The translations under genes and the position numbers were made by a program. A stretch of 64,000 bases of DNA from Squalus acanthias (Eukaryota). Location: positions 62,001 through 126,000 of the forward strand of contig JASTWF010000345.1 of the NCBI GenBank assembly GCA_030390025.1, in the 5' to 3' direction. Below, one piece after another: positions 49,525 through 62,403 of this stretch. The first letter of the stretch is position 1, and every line of letters begins with the position of its first letter. The notes under the pieces were generated by a model that saw nothing but the letters and a program-made list of their open reading frames with translations, did not search any database and was not told where the DNA came from.

Positions 49525-51951
49525 GACCCACAGTTTTGTCAGTTTTATTGCTTTATTTAGACCTCTGGAAACCACCTTCTGCACTCCTACATCAACCTTC
49601 AAATGAGATGTGTGCAAGACTGCTTTAAATATTCACATTGAAAACGAGTCATCGGTGACGTCATCAGACCCACTCCATTTAATTGGGACGGGAAACGCGC
49701 ATAATTGTTTTAATTGGGACCATTGAGTTAAACACGGAGTGCAGAACGCGCTGTTCAAATCTTCGAGTTCCCGACCCACTACACAACCCGACTCCAAGGT
49801 AAAGATTTCGGCCGATGTTTCCACTTGTGGGAGAGTCCAAAACTAGGGGCCGTAAATATAAGTTAGTCACTAATAAATCCAATAAAGGAATTCAGGAAAA
49901 ACAACTTTACTCAGAATGGTGAGAATGTGGAACTCACTATCACAAGGAGTGGTTGACGCGAATTACATAGATGCATTTAAGGGGAAGCTAGATAAGTACC
50001 TGAGGGAGAAAGGAATAGAAGGATCTGTTGATAGGGTTGGATGAAGTAAATAGAGTGGGAGGAGGTTCGTGTGGAGCATAAACACTGGCATCGGTCAGTT
50101 GGGCCGAATGGTACTTTTTTGCACTGTAAATTCGATGTAATTCTATGCAAAGATAAAAACCTCTCCTAAAAACTTACAGGGGCGAGGAATCCCCTTTAAG
50201 CACAGACCTAGTATACGGACTATTGGTGGTTTCTTCTAGTTTTATTGACTGCTTTATATCTTCATATGATGTATATATTTTTTTTAAAGGACCCATTCTT
50301 CATCTGTGCTGTGTTACCCAATCTCAGCCAGCTGGCAGTGGGATGCTATGATTGTTTTCAGTATCCTCAAGCGAGAGAGAGAGAGTGAGGGAGAGAAATG
50401 GCTCCCATCGTCAAATAGCCCATCAGTATTCCTTGTCCAGCCTCATCCAGGAAGAATAGACACTTAGTGGAGGTAATGGAGGGCTTTCACTGGCTGCTTA
50501 ACTAAACCCCAGCATGACTCACCACTTTCGGGAGAGGAGAGGTAAAGGGAAAAATTGTAGGGAAAAGAGGAGAAATAAAAAAGACAGATCATAAAATGTC
50601 TGCTATGGCTTTTGTTTTTACTAAATTCAGATGCGGAGGCAATTCATTTTTTTGTATTCTTTTTAATATGTAACACATTTGGTCCAGTATATAATATACT
50701 GTATCTATTCAGATGCACATTAAAGGAGACGAGAGTTGTAAAACCTGCTCTTTTCAAGTTTGGTAATTGAATTGCACGAGGCGCCAGTTAAGTTGAAAAG
50801 GGGCTGGGTATTGATTTGGCAAGCTGCCAATAAGTTAGAGCAAAGACGCCAGCCAGACAAATAAATCTCAAGTGAGCATTACCTTCAGTGACTTGCTAGA
50901 AACAGATCAGCCAATGACAATATAGTATGTGAGCAGGTTGGTTGCAGGAGTAATTATAACCCACAGAATGCCGAGTCTAGATATCCCATACAGCTTTTGG
51001 CTGTTTTATTCCTTGTACATAATAGTTTGGCATTATTCACCAAAACTTGCACAGATTACAAAAGAATGTTAATACAAAATGCAGTGAAACAATTATGCTG
51101 TTGTGTCTAGATTGGCAGAACATGGCATCTCAAATTTAAATATTTTCATACCAGGTGCACATCTGTTATCATGTTGCTCCATCTGTCTTTACAAATGTCA
51201 CAATAACTCAGGGTTCTAAAATGTGATTCTTTTTAACTGTGAGGCACCTGACTCAACCCTTTATGGAAATAATAGGATACACTGAAGTTGTTCTTACATC
51301 CTCCAGACAAGGATTTATCAGCCGCCTTTTTAATGGTCTTCTTGGTGTCACTCCCTGTCACTCACCGCCATTAGATTTTCCTCACGATGAAACCAGTGAG
51401 TTTGATCTCTAAGGATTACAAAAAATCCATTGGATAAACCTTCAAGCAGACTTCAATCCAGGATAAATCACCTTATACACAAATTACATCCATCATATAT
51501 TTTGCAAATGATAACTGCTAAAAAATAAAAGCTCAGCGGCCTGCTTGTCACTGTCAGGCATGTTATTTAAGAAGTGCCACCTATTTCTTGTGAAATGTAG
51601 CAGCAAGGATCATGTATAAAGATCAAGTAGCTGTAAATATAGAACTACTGTTTCCATAGAAGTGTCACAAAGTAAGACAATTGTCAGGTTCAGATGACGT
51701 CACAAACACCTGACTGCAAAGCAAGTATGGATACATCTGAAATTTAACACTGTTTTACAGCCTTCCATCTCACTCCAAGTAGTTCATACAATACATAACC
51801 CTATGTTCTTGCATCGCCTTTCCGTAATAGTGTGAGTTCCTTGGTGTGCTGGATTAATACATGTGTGCTGTAGTTGTTGGAAATGATTGAAAACAAATAA
51901 TTTTTGACTGCAGTATCGTGGAAAAAGAACTGAGCTGTGTTGAAAGTACGA

Positions 51952-53086
51952 GCATAAGATAAGAGCTCATGGAGTTGGGGGTAATATATTAGCACGGATA
52001 GAGAATTGGCTAACTAACAGAAAACAGAGAGTCGGGATAAATGGGTCATTTTCCGGTTGGCAAACGGTAACTAGTGGGGTGCCACAGGGATCGGTGCTGG
52101 AGCCTCAACTATTTACAATCTACATTAATGACTTGGATGAAGGGACCGAGTGTAATGTAGCCAAGTTTGCGGATGATACAAAGATGGGTGGGAAAGCAAG
52201 TTGTGCAGAGGACTCAAAGAATCTGCAAAGGGATATAGACAGGCTAAGTGAGTGGGCAAATATTTGGCAGATGGAGTATAATGTGGGAAAGTGCGAGGTT
52301 ATACACTTTGGCAGGAAAAATTAAAAAGCAAATTATTATTTAAATGGAGAGAGATTACAAAATGCTACAGTTCAGAGGGACCTGGGGGTCCTTGTGCATG
52401 AAACACAAAAGGTTAGCATGCAGGTGCAACAAGTAATCAAAAAGGCAAATGGGATGTTGGCCTTTATTGCAAGGGGGTTGGAGTATAAAAGCAGGGAAGT
52501 CCTGCTACAACTGTACAGGGTATTGGTGAGACCACACCTTGAGTACTGCGTACAGTTTTGGTCTCCTTATTTAAGGAAGGATATACTTACATTGGAGGCA
52601 GTTCAGAGACGATTCACACGGTTGATTCCTGAGATGAAGGGGTTGACTTATGAGGAAAGGTTGAGCAGGCTGGGCCTATACTCATTGGAATTTAGAAGAA
52701 TGAGAGGTGATCTTATTGAAACATATAAGATAATAAGGGGGCTAAACATGGTAGATGCAGAGAGGATGTTTCCCCTCGTGGGGAAATCTAGAACTCGGGG
52801 GCATAGTTTCAGAATAAAGGGTCACCCTTTTAGAACTGAGATGAGGAGGAATTTCTTCTCTCAGAGGGTCGTAAATCTGTGGAATTCTCTGCCCCAGAGA
52901 GCTGTGGAGGCTGGGTCATTGAATACATTTAAGGTGGAGATAGACAGATTTTTGCAAGATAAGGGAGTGAAGGGTTATGGGGAGCGGGCAGGGAAGTGGC
53001 TTTGAGCCCAAGATCAGCCATAATCCTATTGAAGGCTCGAGGGGCCAAGTGGCCTATTCCTGCTCCTATTTCTTATGTTCTTATGT
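51952..53086 (+). mobile_element. CR1 LINE 3' part
   Basis: [18 protein letters not shown]; near-identical to 22930-24076. Confidence 0.94.
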
Positions 53087-53558
53087 ACCACAGAATTTCG
53101 TAAATAATGCTCAGGAAATTGTGTGGGGTAGGTTGATACTTGCTGTTGTCCAGGCTGAAGTTCTAGGGTGACTACACTTCAAGGTTCTTTGAGGCATTCC
53201 TGTAGTGTGGTGATCAAGCAATGGTTTTTCAGTGGCAATGCAGAAGAGCCGTATTGTAGGTCTGGTAAAAGATGCATCCTGGAGGAAGCCACCCGGCGGA
53301 GGAGGGGAGAATTTCCTCTTTGTACGAAAAATGGGAGAAGGGTGACTGTTTTTCCTCAGAATTAATGAACCCCTGCCAAAATTACAAAAACGAACAGATT
53401 TGAAATGTATGATATCTGAACATTTGATTTAATTAGCAGGGCAGCAATTATGAAGAAAAACAGCCATTCTCCAACTTTTGGTCAAAAAAGGAATGTCAAT
53501 CATTCCAGAGTAAAAAGCGTAGGATTGACTGCGATACATAGCAAATTTAGAAGTCATA

Positions 53559-54453
53559 GGGGTAAAATATTAGGTCGCGCCCCTTTTGGGGCGCAAATAT
53601 CGTCTGGACGCAAATATTAGCGCCTGGCGCTAATTATCGGCACTGACTGGAAACTTCACTTCTACCGCCCCGGGAGGTGAGTGGAGCGCTAAATCAGGCG
53701 CTGCACACCTGTCTTAAGGCGCAAAGGCCAAGGAGTGAGGCGCTAACTCAGAGCGCTGGCGAAGCTCATGTAATGTCAGTCAGCAATGGAACACACACAC
53801 AATGGCACGGGCCAGTTCTTAAAGGGGATGGTTAATCTTGCTTTCCATCCACATCCTGTTCATTGCAGCCTTGAATCTCGGCCTGGAGAGACTTGCACAT
53901 CAAATGTGCTGGAAAGAACAATGGAGAGTACCAGGCAAAGAGCTCAGAGTGCAGCTCCCACAGTCTCTGCTAAATCGATACAAGGAATGGCAAATCAAAA
54001 TGAACCTGCAAAGTGCTGCTCAGTACCCAAAACTCCTTCACACAACGTTGAATCTCTCCAGAAGTCTCTCCCTCTCTCTCTCAGAATGCGTAGTTCAAAA
54101 ATGCCACCAACAATAAAAGACAGGAAGAGGCCCCCTTTAAATAGCGCCCCCCCCCAGCCCCACAGCGATTGATAGCGTTCCAGTCTTCTGGTCGTTGGAT
54201 GCGCCAGGCGGTAAGGCAGGGGGCGCCACTCAATTTCCGCTCCGGGGCGCCACAAGGGCGTTGCACCATGGAATGACGTCACAATCTGCGCGCGCAGGTG
54301 GTCGCAGCGGTAAGTTTTAGCACCGCCGCACAATCTCTAGTTAAGTTCCCGAGCGGCGCAAACATCGCTGCGCCCGGGCATTAGCGGCTTTGCGCCCCAT
54401 TAGCGCCCTCTTAAGGCGCTAACGGGAGGCGCAACCAACTGAATTTTTACCCC
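53559..54453. mobile_element. Harbinger-type MITE, family E
   Basis: TIR GGGGTAAAA / TTTTACCCC; TSD ATA; collinear with 25361-26254. Confidence 0.9.
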
Positions 54454-55057
54454 ATAGAGTCATACGGCTGGATTTTGTGAATGGAGACGTGCTGGAGGCG
54501 GGACTGCTGCTTGCCGGGTCTCAGTCCTGCCTCCATCAGCCTCTGGCCAACCAGCGGGATTTTCCCCTGATTGACCTTGTTAAGCCCGCCCTGCAGGCTC
54601 AGCAGGCCAATTAGGGGGAAGTCACTGACAAAGCATGTCAACGTCTGACGTGTCATCTGTCAAGACTTCTTGAAAGAAGAAATATCAGCGTTTGACAGCT
54701 CTGTGAAGCTGTCAAACACTGACATTGTGTGTAGTTTGATGAGCCCTTGTGTTCAGGACTCATCTAAACTTTCTACTTTGTAGAAATCATATGGTTCAGA
54801 GGAACCAACAGCCAGTCTGTGAAATCTACAATGAAGATGTCGGGACTCTGGAACCACAGCGGCTGAAGGCTGTAGGCAGAAACAAAGGTAAGTGAACATT
54901 ATATAACACTTTACACTCACCTCACATAAGAACATAAGAACATAAGAAATAAGAGCAGGAATAGGCCACTTGGCCCCTCGAGCCTGCTCCGCCATTCAAT
55001 AAGATCATGGCTGATCTTGGGCTCAAAGCCACTTCCCCGCCCGCTCCCCATAACCCT

Positions 55058-57779
55058 TCACTCCCTTATCTTCACTCCCTCAGCATCTACCTTGTAATGC
55101 CTCCTCGGTATCTTATATGTTTCAATAAGATCACCTCTCATTCTTCTAAATTCCAATGAGTATAGGCCCAGCCTGCTCAACCTTTCCTCATAAGTCAACC
55201 CCCTCATCTCTGGAATTAACCAGTGAATCATCTCTGAACTGCCTCCAATGCGAGTATATCCTTCCTTAAATAAGGAGACCAAAACTGTACGCAGTACTCA
55301 AGGTGTGGTCTCACCAATACCCTGCACAGTTGTAGCAGGACTTCCCTGCTTTTATACTCCAACCCCTTTTAAATAAAGGCCAACATTCCATTTGCCTTTT
55401 TGATTACTTGCTATACCTGCATGCTAACTTTTTGTGCTTCATGCACAAGGACCCCCAGGTCCCTCTGAACTGTAGCATTTCGTAATCTCTCTCCATTTAA
55501 ATAATAATTTGCTTTTTTATTTTTCCTGCCAAAGTGTATAACCTCGCACTTTCCCACATTATACTCCATCTGCCAATTTTTACCCACTCACTTAGCCTGT
55601 CTATATCCCTTTGCAGATTCTTTGAGTCCTCTGCACAACTTGTTTTCCCACCCATCTTTGTATCATCCGCAAACTTGGCTACATTACACTCGGTCCCTTC
55701 ATCCAAGTCATTAATGTAGATTGTAAATAGTTGAGGCCCCAGCACTGATCCCTGTGGCACCCCACTCGTTATTGTTTGCCACCGGAAAATGACCCATTTA
55801 TCCCGACTCTCTGTTTTCTGTTAGTTAGCCAATTCTCTATCCATGCTAATATATTACCCCCAATTCCGTGAGCTCTTATCTTATGCAGTAACCTTTTATG
55901 TGGCACCTTATTGAATGCCTTCTGGAAATCTAAATACACCACATCCACAGGTTCACCTTTGTCCACCCTGCTCATTACCTCCTCAAAGAACTCCAGCAAG
56001 TTTGTTAAACATGATTTCCCTTTCATAAAACCATGCTGACTCTGCTTGACTGCATTATGATTTTCCAAATGCCCTGCTATTGCTTCCTTAATGAAGGACT
56101 CCAGCATTTTCCCAACGACAGATGTTAGGCTAACTGGTCTATAGCTTCCTGCTTTCTGTCTCCCTCCTTTCTTAAATAGGGGTGTTACATTTGCAGTTTT
56201 CCAATCCGCTGGGACCTCTCCAGAGTCCAGGGAATTTTGTTATATTGCATCCAATGCATCCACTATCTCTGCAGCCACTTCTTTTAAGATCCTGGGATGC
56301 AGGCCATCTGGTCCAGGGGACTTGTCATCTTTTAGTCCCATTATTTTACCAAGTACTATTTCCTTAGTGATAGTGATTGTCTTTAGTTCCCCCCTTCCTG
56401 TGGCCCCTTGATTATCCATTATTGGGATGTTGTTAGTGTCTTCTACCGTGAAGACAGATACAAAATATTTGTTCAGAGTCTCTGCCATTTCCACGTTCCC
56501 CATTATTAATTCCCCAGTCTCATCCTCTACGGGACCAACGTTTACTTTAGCTACTCTCTTCCTTTTTATATACCTGTAGAAGCTCTTACTATCTGTTTTA
56601 ATGTTTCTTGCCAGTTTACTCTCATAATTCATCTTCTCTCTCTTTATTATTTTTTTAGTCATCCTTTGTTGGTTTTAAAAATTTCCCAATCCTCTGGTCT
56701 CCCACCAATCTTGGAAACATTGTATGCCTTCGTTTTCAATTTGATACCATCCTTTACTTCCTTAGTTAGCCACAGATGGTGCTCCCTTCTCTTAAAATCT
56801 TTCTTTCTCACTGGAATATATTTTTGTTGAGAGTTATGAAATATCTCCTTAAATGTCCACCACTGCATTTCAACTGTCTTACCCTTTAATTTATTTTTCC
56901 AGTCCACTTTAGCCAGTTCTGCCCTCATGCCACTGTAATTGCCTTTGTTTAAGATCAGGACATTGGTTTGAGAAACAACTTTCTCACCCTCCAACTGAAT
57001 TTGAAATTCAACCATACTATGATCACTCTTTCCTAGAGGATCCTTTACTATGAGATCATTTATTAATTCTGTCTCATTACATAGTACCAGATCCAAGAGA
57101 GCCTGCTCCCTGGTTGGTTCCATTACATACTGTTCTAGGAAACCATCCCGGATGCACTCTATGAACTCCTCCTCAAGGCTACCATGGCCAATTTGATTTG
57201 TCCAATCAATATGGAGATTAAAATCACCCATGATTATTACCGTACCTTTTTTACAGGCCTCCATTATTTGTTGATTTATACTCTGTCCAACAGTATTGCT
57301 ACTGTTCGGGGGCCTGTAGGCTACGCCCACCAGAGACTTTTTCCCTTTATTATTTTTTATCTCCACCCAAACCGATTCTACATCTTGATCTTCTGAGCCA
57401 ATATCACTTCTCACCACTTACCAACATCCTTTACCAACAAAGCCACTCCACCTCCCTTTCCTTTCTGTCTATCCTTCCAAATTGTCAAATACCCTGGAAT
57501 ATTCAGTTCCCAGCCCTGATCACCTTGCAAGCACGTCTCTGTAATGGCGATCAGATCATACCCATTTGTATCTATTTGTGCCGTCAACTCATCTATCTTG
57601 TTACGAATGCTGCGTGCATTCAGATATAGAGCTTTTAACTTTGTCTTTTTACCATTCCTCCTTGTTTTGGCCCCATTTTCTGTTGCACTCTTATTTTTAA
57701 ACATTCTGTCCCTTCCTGTCACACTCTGGTTATTATTTCCCCCATCTCTATTCTGCTCTATTGCTTTCTCATTTCTCAT
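55058..57779 (-). pseudogene. CR1 ORF2 (APE endonuclease plus RT), frameshifted
   Basis: [44 protein letters not shown]. Confidence 0.93.
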
Positions 57780-57823
57780 TAACTTTTTAAATTCCCGCTC
57801 ACCTGGATCCTCCCCCCCACTAT

Positions 57824-58773
57824 TTACTTTAAAGCCCTCTCTACAGCCCTAGTTATTCGATTCGCCAGGACTCTAGCCCCAGCATGGTTCAAGTGAAGCC
57901 CGTCCAAACAGAACAGCTCCCTCTTATCCCAGTACTGGTGCCAGTGCCCCACAAATCGAAAGCCATTTCTCCCACACCAGTCTTTGAGCCACTCGTTCAT
58001 TTCTCTGATCTTATTTATCCTATGCAAATTCACTCGTGGCTCAGGTAGTAATCTAGAGATTATTATCTTTGTGGTTCTCCTTTTTAATTTAGCCCCTAGC
58101 TGCTCATACTCTCTCAGCAGAACCTCTTTCTTTGTCCTACCTATGTCATTGGTGCCTACGTGGACCATGACAACTGGATCCTCCCCCTCCCACTCCAAGT
58201 TTCTCTCCAGCCCAGAGGAGATTTCCTTAACCCTGGCAGGCAACACAGCCTTCGGGACTCACGCTCTCGGCTGCAGAGAACAGTGTCTATCCCCCTAACT
58301 ATACTATCCCCTATCACTACAACATTTCTTTTTACTCCCCCCACTTGAATGGCTCCCTGTACCATGGTGCTGTGGTCAGATTGCTCATCCTCCCTGCAGT
58401 CCCTGCTCTCGTCCACACAGGGAGCAAGAATCTCGTATCTGTTCGACAAGGCCAAGGGCTGAGGCTCCTCCATCACTACCTCCTGGATCCCAATACTTGC
58501 CTTGCTTGTAGTCACACCCCCCTGTCCCTGACCATGGGCCAAATTGGAAGTAATTACTCTAGTGGGTGTGACTGCCTCCTGGAACTTAGTGTCCAGGTAA
58601 CGCTCCTCCTCCCTAATGTGTCGCAGTGTCTGAATCTCGGACTCCAGCTCATCAACTCTGAGCCGAAGTTCCTCGAACAGCCAACATTTGCTGCAGATGT
58701 GGTCGCCTTGGACCTCAATGGTGTCCACCAACTCCAACATGCAACAACAACAACACATTGCCTGGTCTCCCAT
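57824..58773 (-). pseudogene. CR1 ORF1: Cys zinc finger, leucine zipper, SGNH/GDSL esterase
   Basis: CCCCC..ICSKC, LRLRVDELESEIQTL, VVIGDSIVRG, HVGTND, DGLHL; frameshift near 58230. Confidence 0.9.
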
Positions 58774-58976
58774 CTCAATTAATTAATTAGTTTTAAAATT
58801 TGGAACACGTATATCTTTTAATCTACACCAAGGCACTTAAATTTAGACGCCCAAGTTTGGAAAAAAAGCGAGAAATATAGAAATACTCACCAACCAATCA
58901 CTTACCTGCTTTCTGGTGATGCCACGCTTCGATTACTTTTTACTTCTTTACACTCACCGGTCCGTTGTAGCCCCCG

Positions 58977-59626
58977 CTCACCCGGACCCCCGCTGTTTCT
59001 GTAGCTCCGAACTCTCGCTCACCTGGGCTCCCGCTGTTTTAGTAGCTCCGAACTCTCGCTCACCCGGACCCCCGCTGTTTCTGTAGCTCCGAACTCTCGC
59101 TCACCCGGACCCCCGCTGTTTCTGTAGCTCCGAACTCTCGCTCACCTGGGCTCCCACTGTTTTAGTAGCTCCGAACTCTCGCTCACCTGGGCTCCCGCTG
59201 TTTTAGTAGCTCCGAACTCTCGCTCACCCGGACCCCCGCTGTTTCTGTAGCTCCGAACTCTCGCTCACCTGGGCTCCCGCTGTTTCTGTAGCTCCGAACT
59301 CTCGCTCACCTGGGCTCCCGCTGTTTTAGTAGCTCCGAACTCTCGCTCACCTGGGCTCCCGCTGTTTTAGTAGCTCCGAACTCTCGCTCACCTGGGCTCC
59401 CGCTGTTTTAGTAGCTCCGAACTCTCGCTCACCTGGGCTCCCGCTGTTTTAGTCGCTCCGAACTCTCGCTCACCTGGGCTCCCGCTGTTTTAGTAGCTCC
59501 GAACTCTCGCTCACCTGGGCTCCCGCTGTTTTAGTAGCTCCGAACTCTCGCTCACCTGGGCTCCCGCTGTTTTAGTAGCTCCGAACTCTCGCTCACCTGG
59601 GCTCCCGCTGTTTTTGTAGTTCCGAA
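58977..59626. repeat. 41-bp tandem repeat, 15 full units plus 1 partial, forming the CR1 5' end
   Basis: Unit CTCACCTGGGCTCCCGCTGTTTTAGTAGCTCCGAACTCTCG; period exactly 41 from 58977 to 59592. Confidence 0.97.
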
Positions 59627-60039
59627 ACTGGGGATAATTAACTGCCTGTTAACATACTTACCACTCCACAATTGCACCCATCACTCACCTCTACATTGAA
59701 CTTTCAGGCCCCTTCGACCCCCGTAGACCTCCTACTCGACTCCTCCACCCCGGCGGGGTTCTCCGAGGTCGGGAAGCCCGCACTTGAAAAGGTAAAATGG
59801 GACTAATCCTTTTTTCTGCCTGTTAACTACCTGTTAACAGGCAGTTAAAAGGATTTAATCCCTTTCCCGCCTTGAGGAGACGGGACCCGGGGCAGGATGA
59901 CTTCCCGCCTCCTGCAAAAGGGCACGGAGGCGGGATGGGGTGGGTTTGCCAGCCGCCCCCACATTCTGCAACTTTACCGGCAGTCCCGCCTCCATACCCG
60001 CCTCCTTGGGGCTGAGAAAATCCAACCCAAAGAGTCATA

Positions 60040-60765
60040 GGGGGTGATTTTGCCAGCCTTGGGGAGGCGGGTATGGAGGCGGGACTGCCGGGAAAATCAC
60101 AGAATTTGGGGGCGGGTTGCCGTCCCGCGTCAGGTCCCGTCTCCTTGGAGGCGGGAAGGGATTAAAGCCTATTAACTGCCTGTTAACAGGTAATTAACAG
60201 GCAGAAAATAGGATTATCCCCATTTTGCCCTCACAAGTGCAGGCTTCCCGAAGGCTCCAAATCCCGCCAGGGTCACCGAGGCGAGTACTGGGTCTGCGGG
60301 GGTTGGGGTGGTGCAAAAGTGTGGTGTGAAGGTCAGTGATGGGTGCAAGAGTGTAGAGGTGAGTATCTGAGGTAAGTGCAAAGTGTTTTTAAAAGTGTAC
60401 TTACCTTTGTTTCTTCCTGCAGGCTTCAGTCAGTTTCTATGCAGAGACTCTTGCACCTCCGTGTTGCAGATGAGAGATGGCCGTTGCATTCTCAGATGCA
60501 ACAAACATCTCAATTCTGTAAAAGAAAAAAGGTTGATGGGTCTTGTATGCAAGACCTCATCAAACTGCAGAGATTGTCACTGTTTGACAGCTTCACAGAG
60601 CTGTCAAACGATGACAATTCATCTGTCAAAATTTTTTGACAAATGACACGTCATACGTTGATGTGCTCTGCAACCGGCTTTCCCTTAATTGGCCTGCTAA
60701 GCCCGCTGGGCGGGCTTAACAAGGTCAATCAAGGGAAAATAGCGTGGGTTGGCCACAAATCGATG
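60040..60765 (-). mobile_element. Family A MITE, inverted, one end deleted
   Basis: Begins GGGGGTGATTTTGCCAG; collinear with 34222-34810. Confidence 0.85.
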
Positions 60766-60812
60766 GTTTATTTCCCTCAAGTGCCTATCCAGTCTCCCCT
60801 TGAAAACATTGA

Positions 60813-62403
60813 GGGCTCGATTTTGTCAATGGGGACGTGATGGAGGCGGGACTCCCACTTTTTGGGTTGTAGTCCTGCCTCCATTGATTTGTGGCCAACC
60901 CACGCTACTTTCCCTTGATTGACCTTGTTAAGCCCGCCCAGCGGGCTCAGCAGGCCAATTAAGGGACACCTGGATACTGGTGACGTCAGCGATTGACATT
61001 TCATCTGTCAAGAGCTTTTGACAGATGAAATATCAGCGTTTGACAGCTCTGTGAAGCTGTCAAACACTGACAATCTGTCTTCTAACTTGAGTCCTTCTAC
61101 TCAGACTCAGTTAGAGCGCTCTCCAGACCAGAAAGCAGAGGCTGCAGCTTTTGACAGCTCAGCGGCCATTCTGATTTCTGTGCCGGTGAGCTAAGGGACT
61201 CCCGAGAACTGAAGGGAGGAAGCCTGGAGGAGAAAGTAAAGGTAAGTAAAACTTAATGGCCCAGAAATTAAACACTGAGTGTTCACGCAGGGGTAAGGCT
61301 TCCCCGCGATATCTCACTCCGCGCCTACCTTTTTCCTCTGGGCCCACACGAACTTTAGTTTCAAGGCTGCAGCTGTGCAGTGCTTGTGTGACCCAGAGAC
61401 GCAATTAGTTCGTGCGAGCTCTGGGATCACGTGATTCAGTTAGAGCCAATGGCAGCACACCATCTTTCATTCATAGTTTTGACAGGAAGACCTGTCAAAG
61501 CTATGAATACTATACCCCCCCAAAAGAACAGCTAAACCTCAATTAAATAAAAAAAAAGCCATCACATTAATAAAATAAGTATAGTTAAATAAATTAACCA
61601 CTTTAAACAAAAAATTAAATTTTTGAAAAAATTTAAAATCTTTTTAAAAGTTATAAAAATAAACTTACCTTTCTTTAAAGTCTCTAAAAAAGATAAACCT
61701 GTTGAAAAAAATTTAAAATAATACTTAATTAACTACTTACCTTGTTAAAAGAGGGTCTTACGCCTCCTTTCTTTATGTGTAAAATCTTCCATGCTTACCT
61801 GCGCGTTCAAAGCACTAAGTGCACTGCGTGCGCGCAGCCTGTAGCGCGCACGCGGTTCACCTAGGAACCGCCCCCTTTTGAATTCACGAAGTGCCGGTTT
61901 CCCGCGCATGCGCAGTGCATGCTGGAAACCGGCAATTGGAGACCTAAAACGCGAGAGTACACAGTGCGTACTCTCGCGTATTAGGTCTAATTTTTGGGCC
62001 ATTAAAACACTTTACACACACCAAACACACTTACCTCTGCACTCATACACCCATCACTCAGCTGTACACCGGACATCTCGACCCCTCCAAGCCCTGCAGA
62101 CCGACGGTCCGTCTCGCTAACTTGGCGTGGTTTGGAGCCGTCGGGCAGCCCACACTTCAGGGCTAAAAATAGGGATTAGCCAAAAAAACTGCCTGTTAAC
62201 TACCTGTTAACAGGAAGTTAATTGGCACTAATCCCCTTCCCGCCTCGGGGAGGCGGCTCCCAGCACAGGTCGGGTACCCGCCTCCTGGGACATTGGCATG
62301 GAGGCGGGTTGGGGGCGGGATGGGTACGTGCCCCCCGAATCTGCAATTTTCCCACCACTCCCGCCTCCAAACCCGCCTCCACGGGGCTTGGAAATTCAAG
62401 CCC
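60813..62403 (+). mobile_element. Family A MITE with a nested family G MITE
   Basis: TIR GGGCTCGATTTT / AAATTCAAGCCC; TSD TGA at 60810-60812 and 62404-62406. Confidence 0.88.
61258..62000. mobile_element. MITE family G
   Basis: GGCCCAGAAATTA / TAATTTTTGGGCC; interrupts the family A consensus. Confidence 0.82.

Larger units (their letters stand above)
42016..49813 (+). mobile_element. PIF/Harbinger transposon, full-length with nested insertions (H2)
   Basis: Imperfect TIR GGTCGGAATTTT / AAGATTTCGGCC; same two-gene convergent layout as H1; TSD not clean. Confidence 0.9.
41495..50147 (+). mobile_element. CR1 3' part split by H2 (pieces about 41495-42013 and 49814-50147)
   Basis: ...GGGTAGATGTAGAG | ATGTTTCCACTTGTGG rejoins the RVDVE.MFPLVG reading seen in other copies. 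Confidence 0.88.
54924..59626 (-). mobile_element. Full-length CR1 LINE (5' monomer array, ORF1, ORF2, TTCTTATG tail), decayed
   Basis: ORF1 and ORF2 fragments in order; about 200-bp deletion near 55075; ACATA at both junctions. Confidence 0.94.
54465..60028 (+). mobile_element. Family A MITE split by a full-length CR1 (pieces 54465-54923 and about 59652-60028)
   Basis: CGGCTGGATTTT / AAAATCCAACCC; the two halves rejoin to match 33246-34090. Confidence 0.85.

Noticed and set aside
53786..54172. 128-aa ORF in MITE family E (111 aa in the other copy)
   Set aside because: Start and frame differ between the two copies in the 5' half and no domain is recognisable
58977..59626. CRISPR-like regular array
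   Set aside because: Units are head-to-tail with no unique spacers, no cas genes, eukaryotic LINE context
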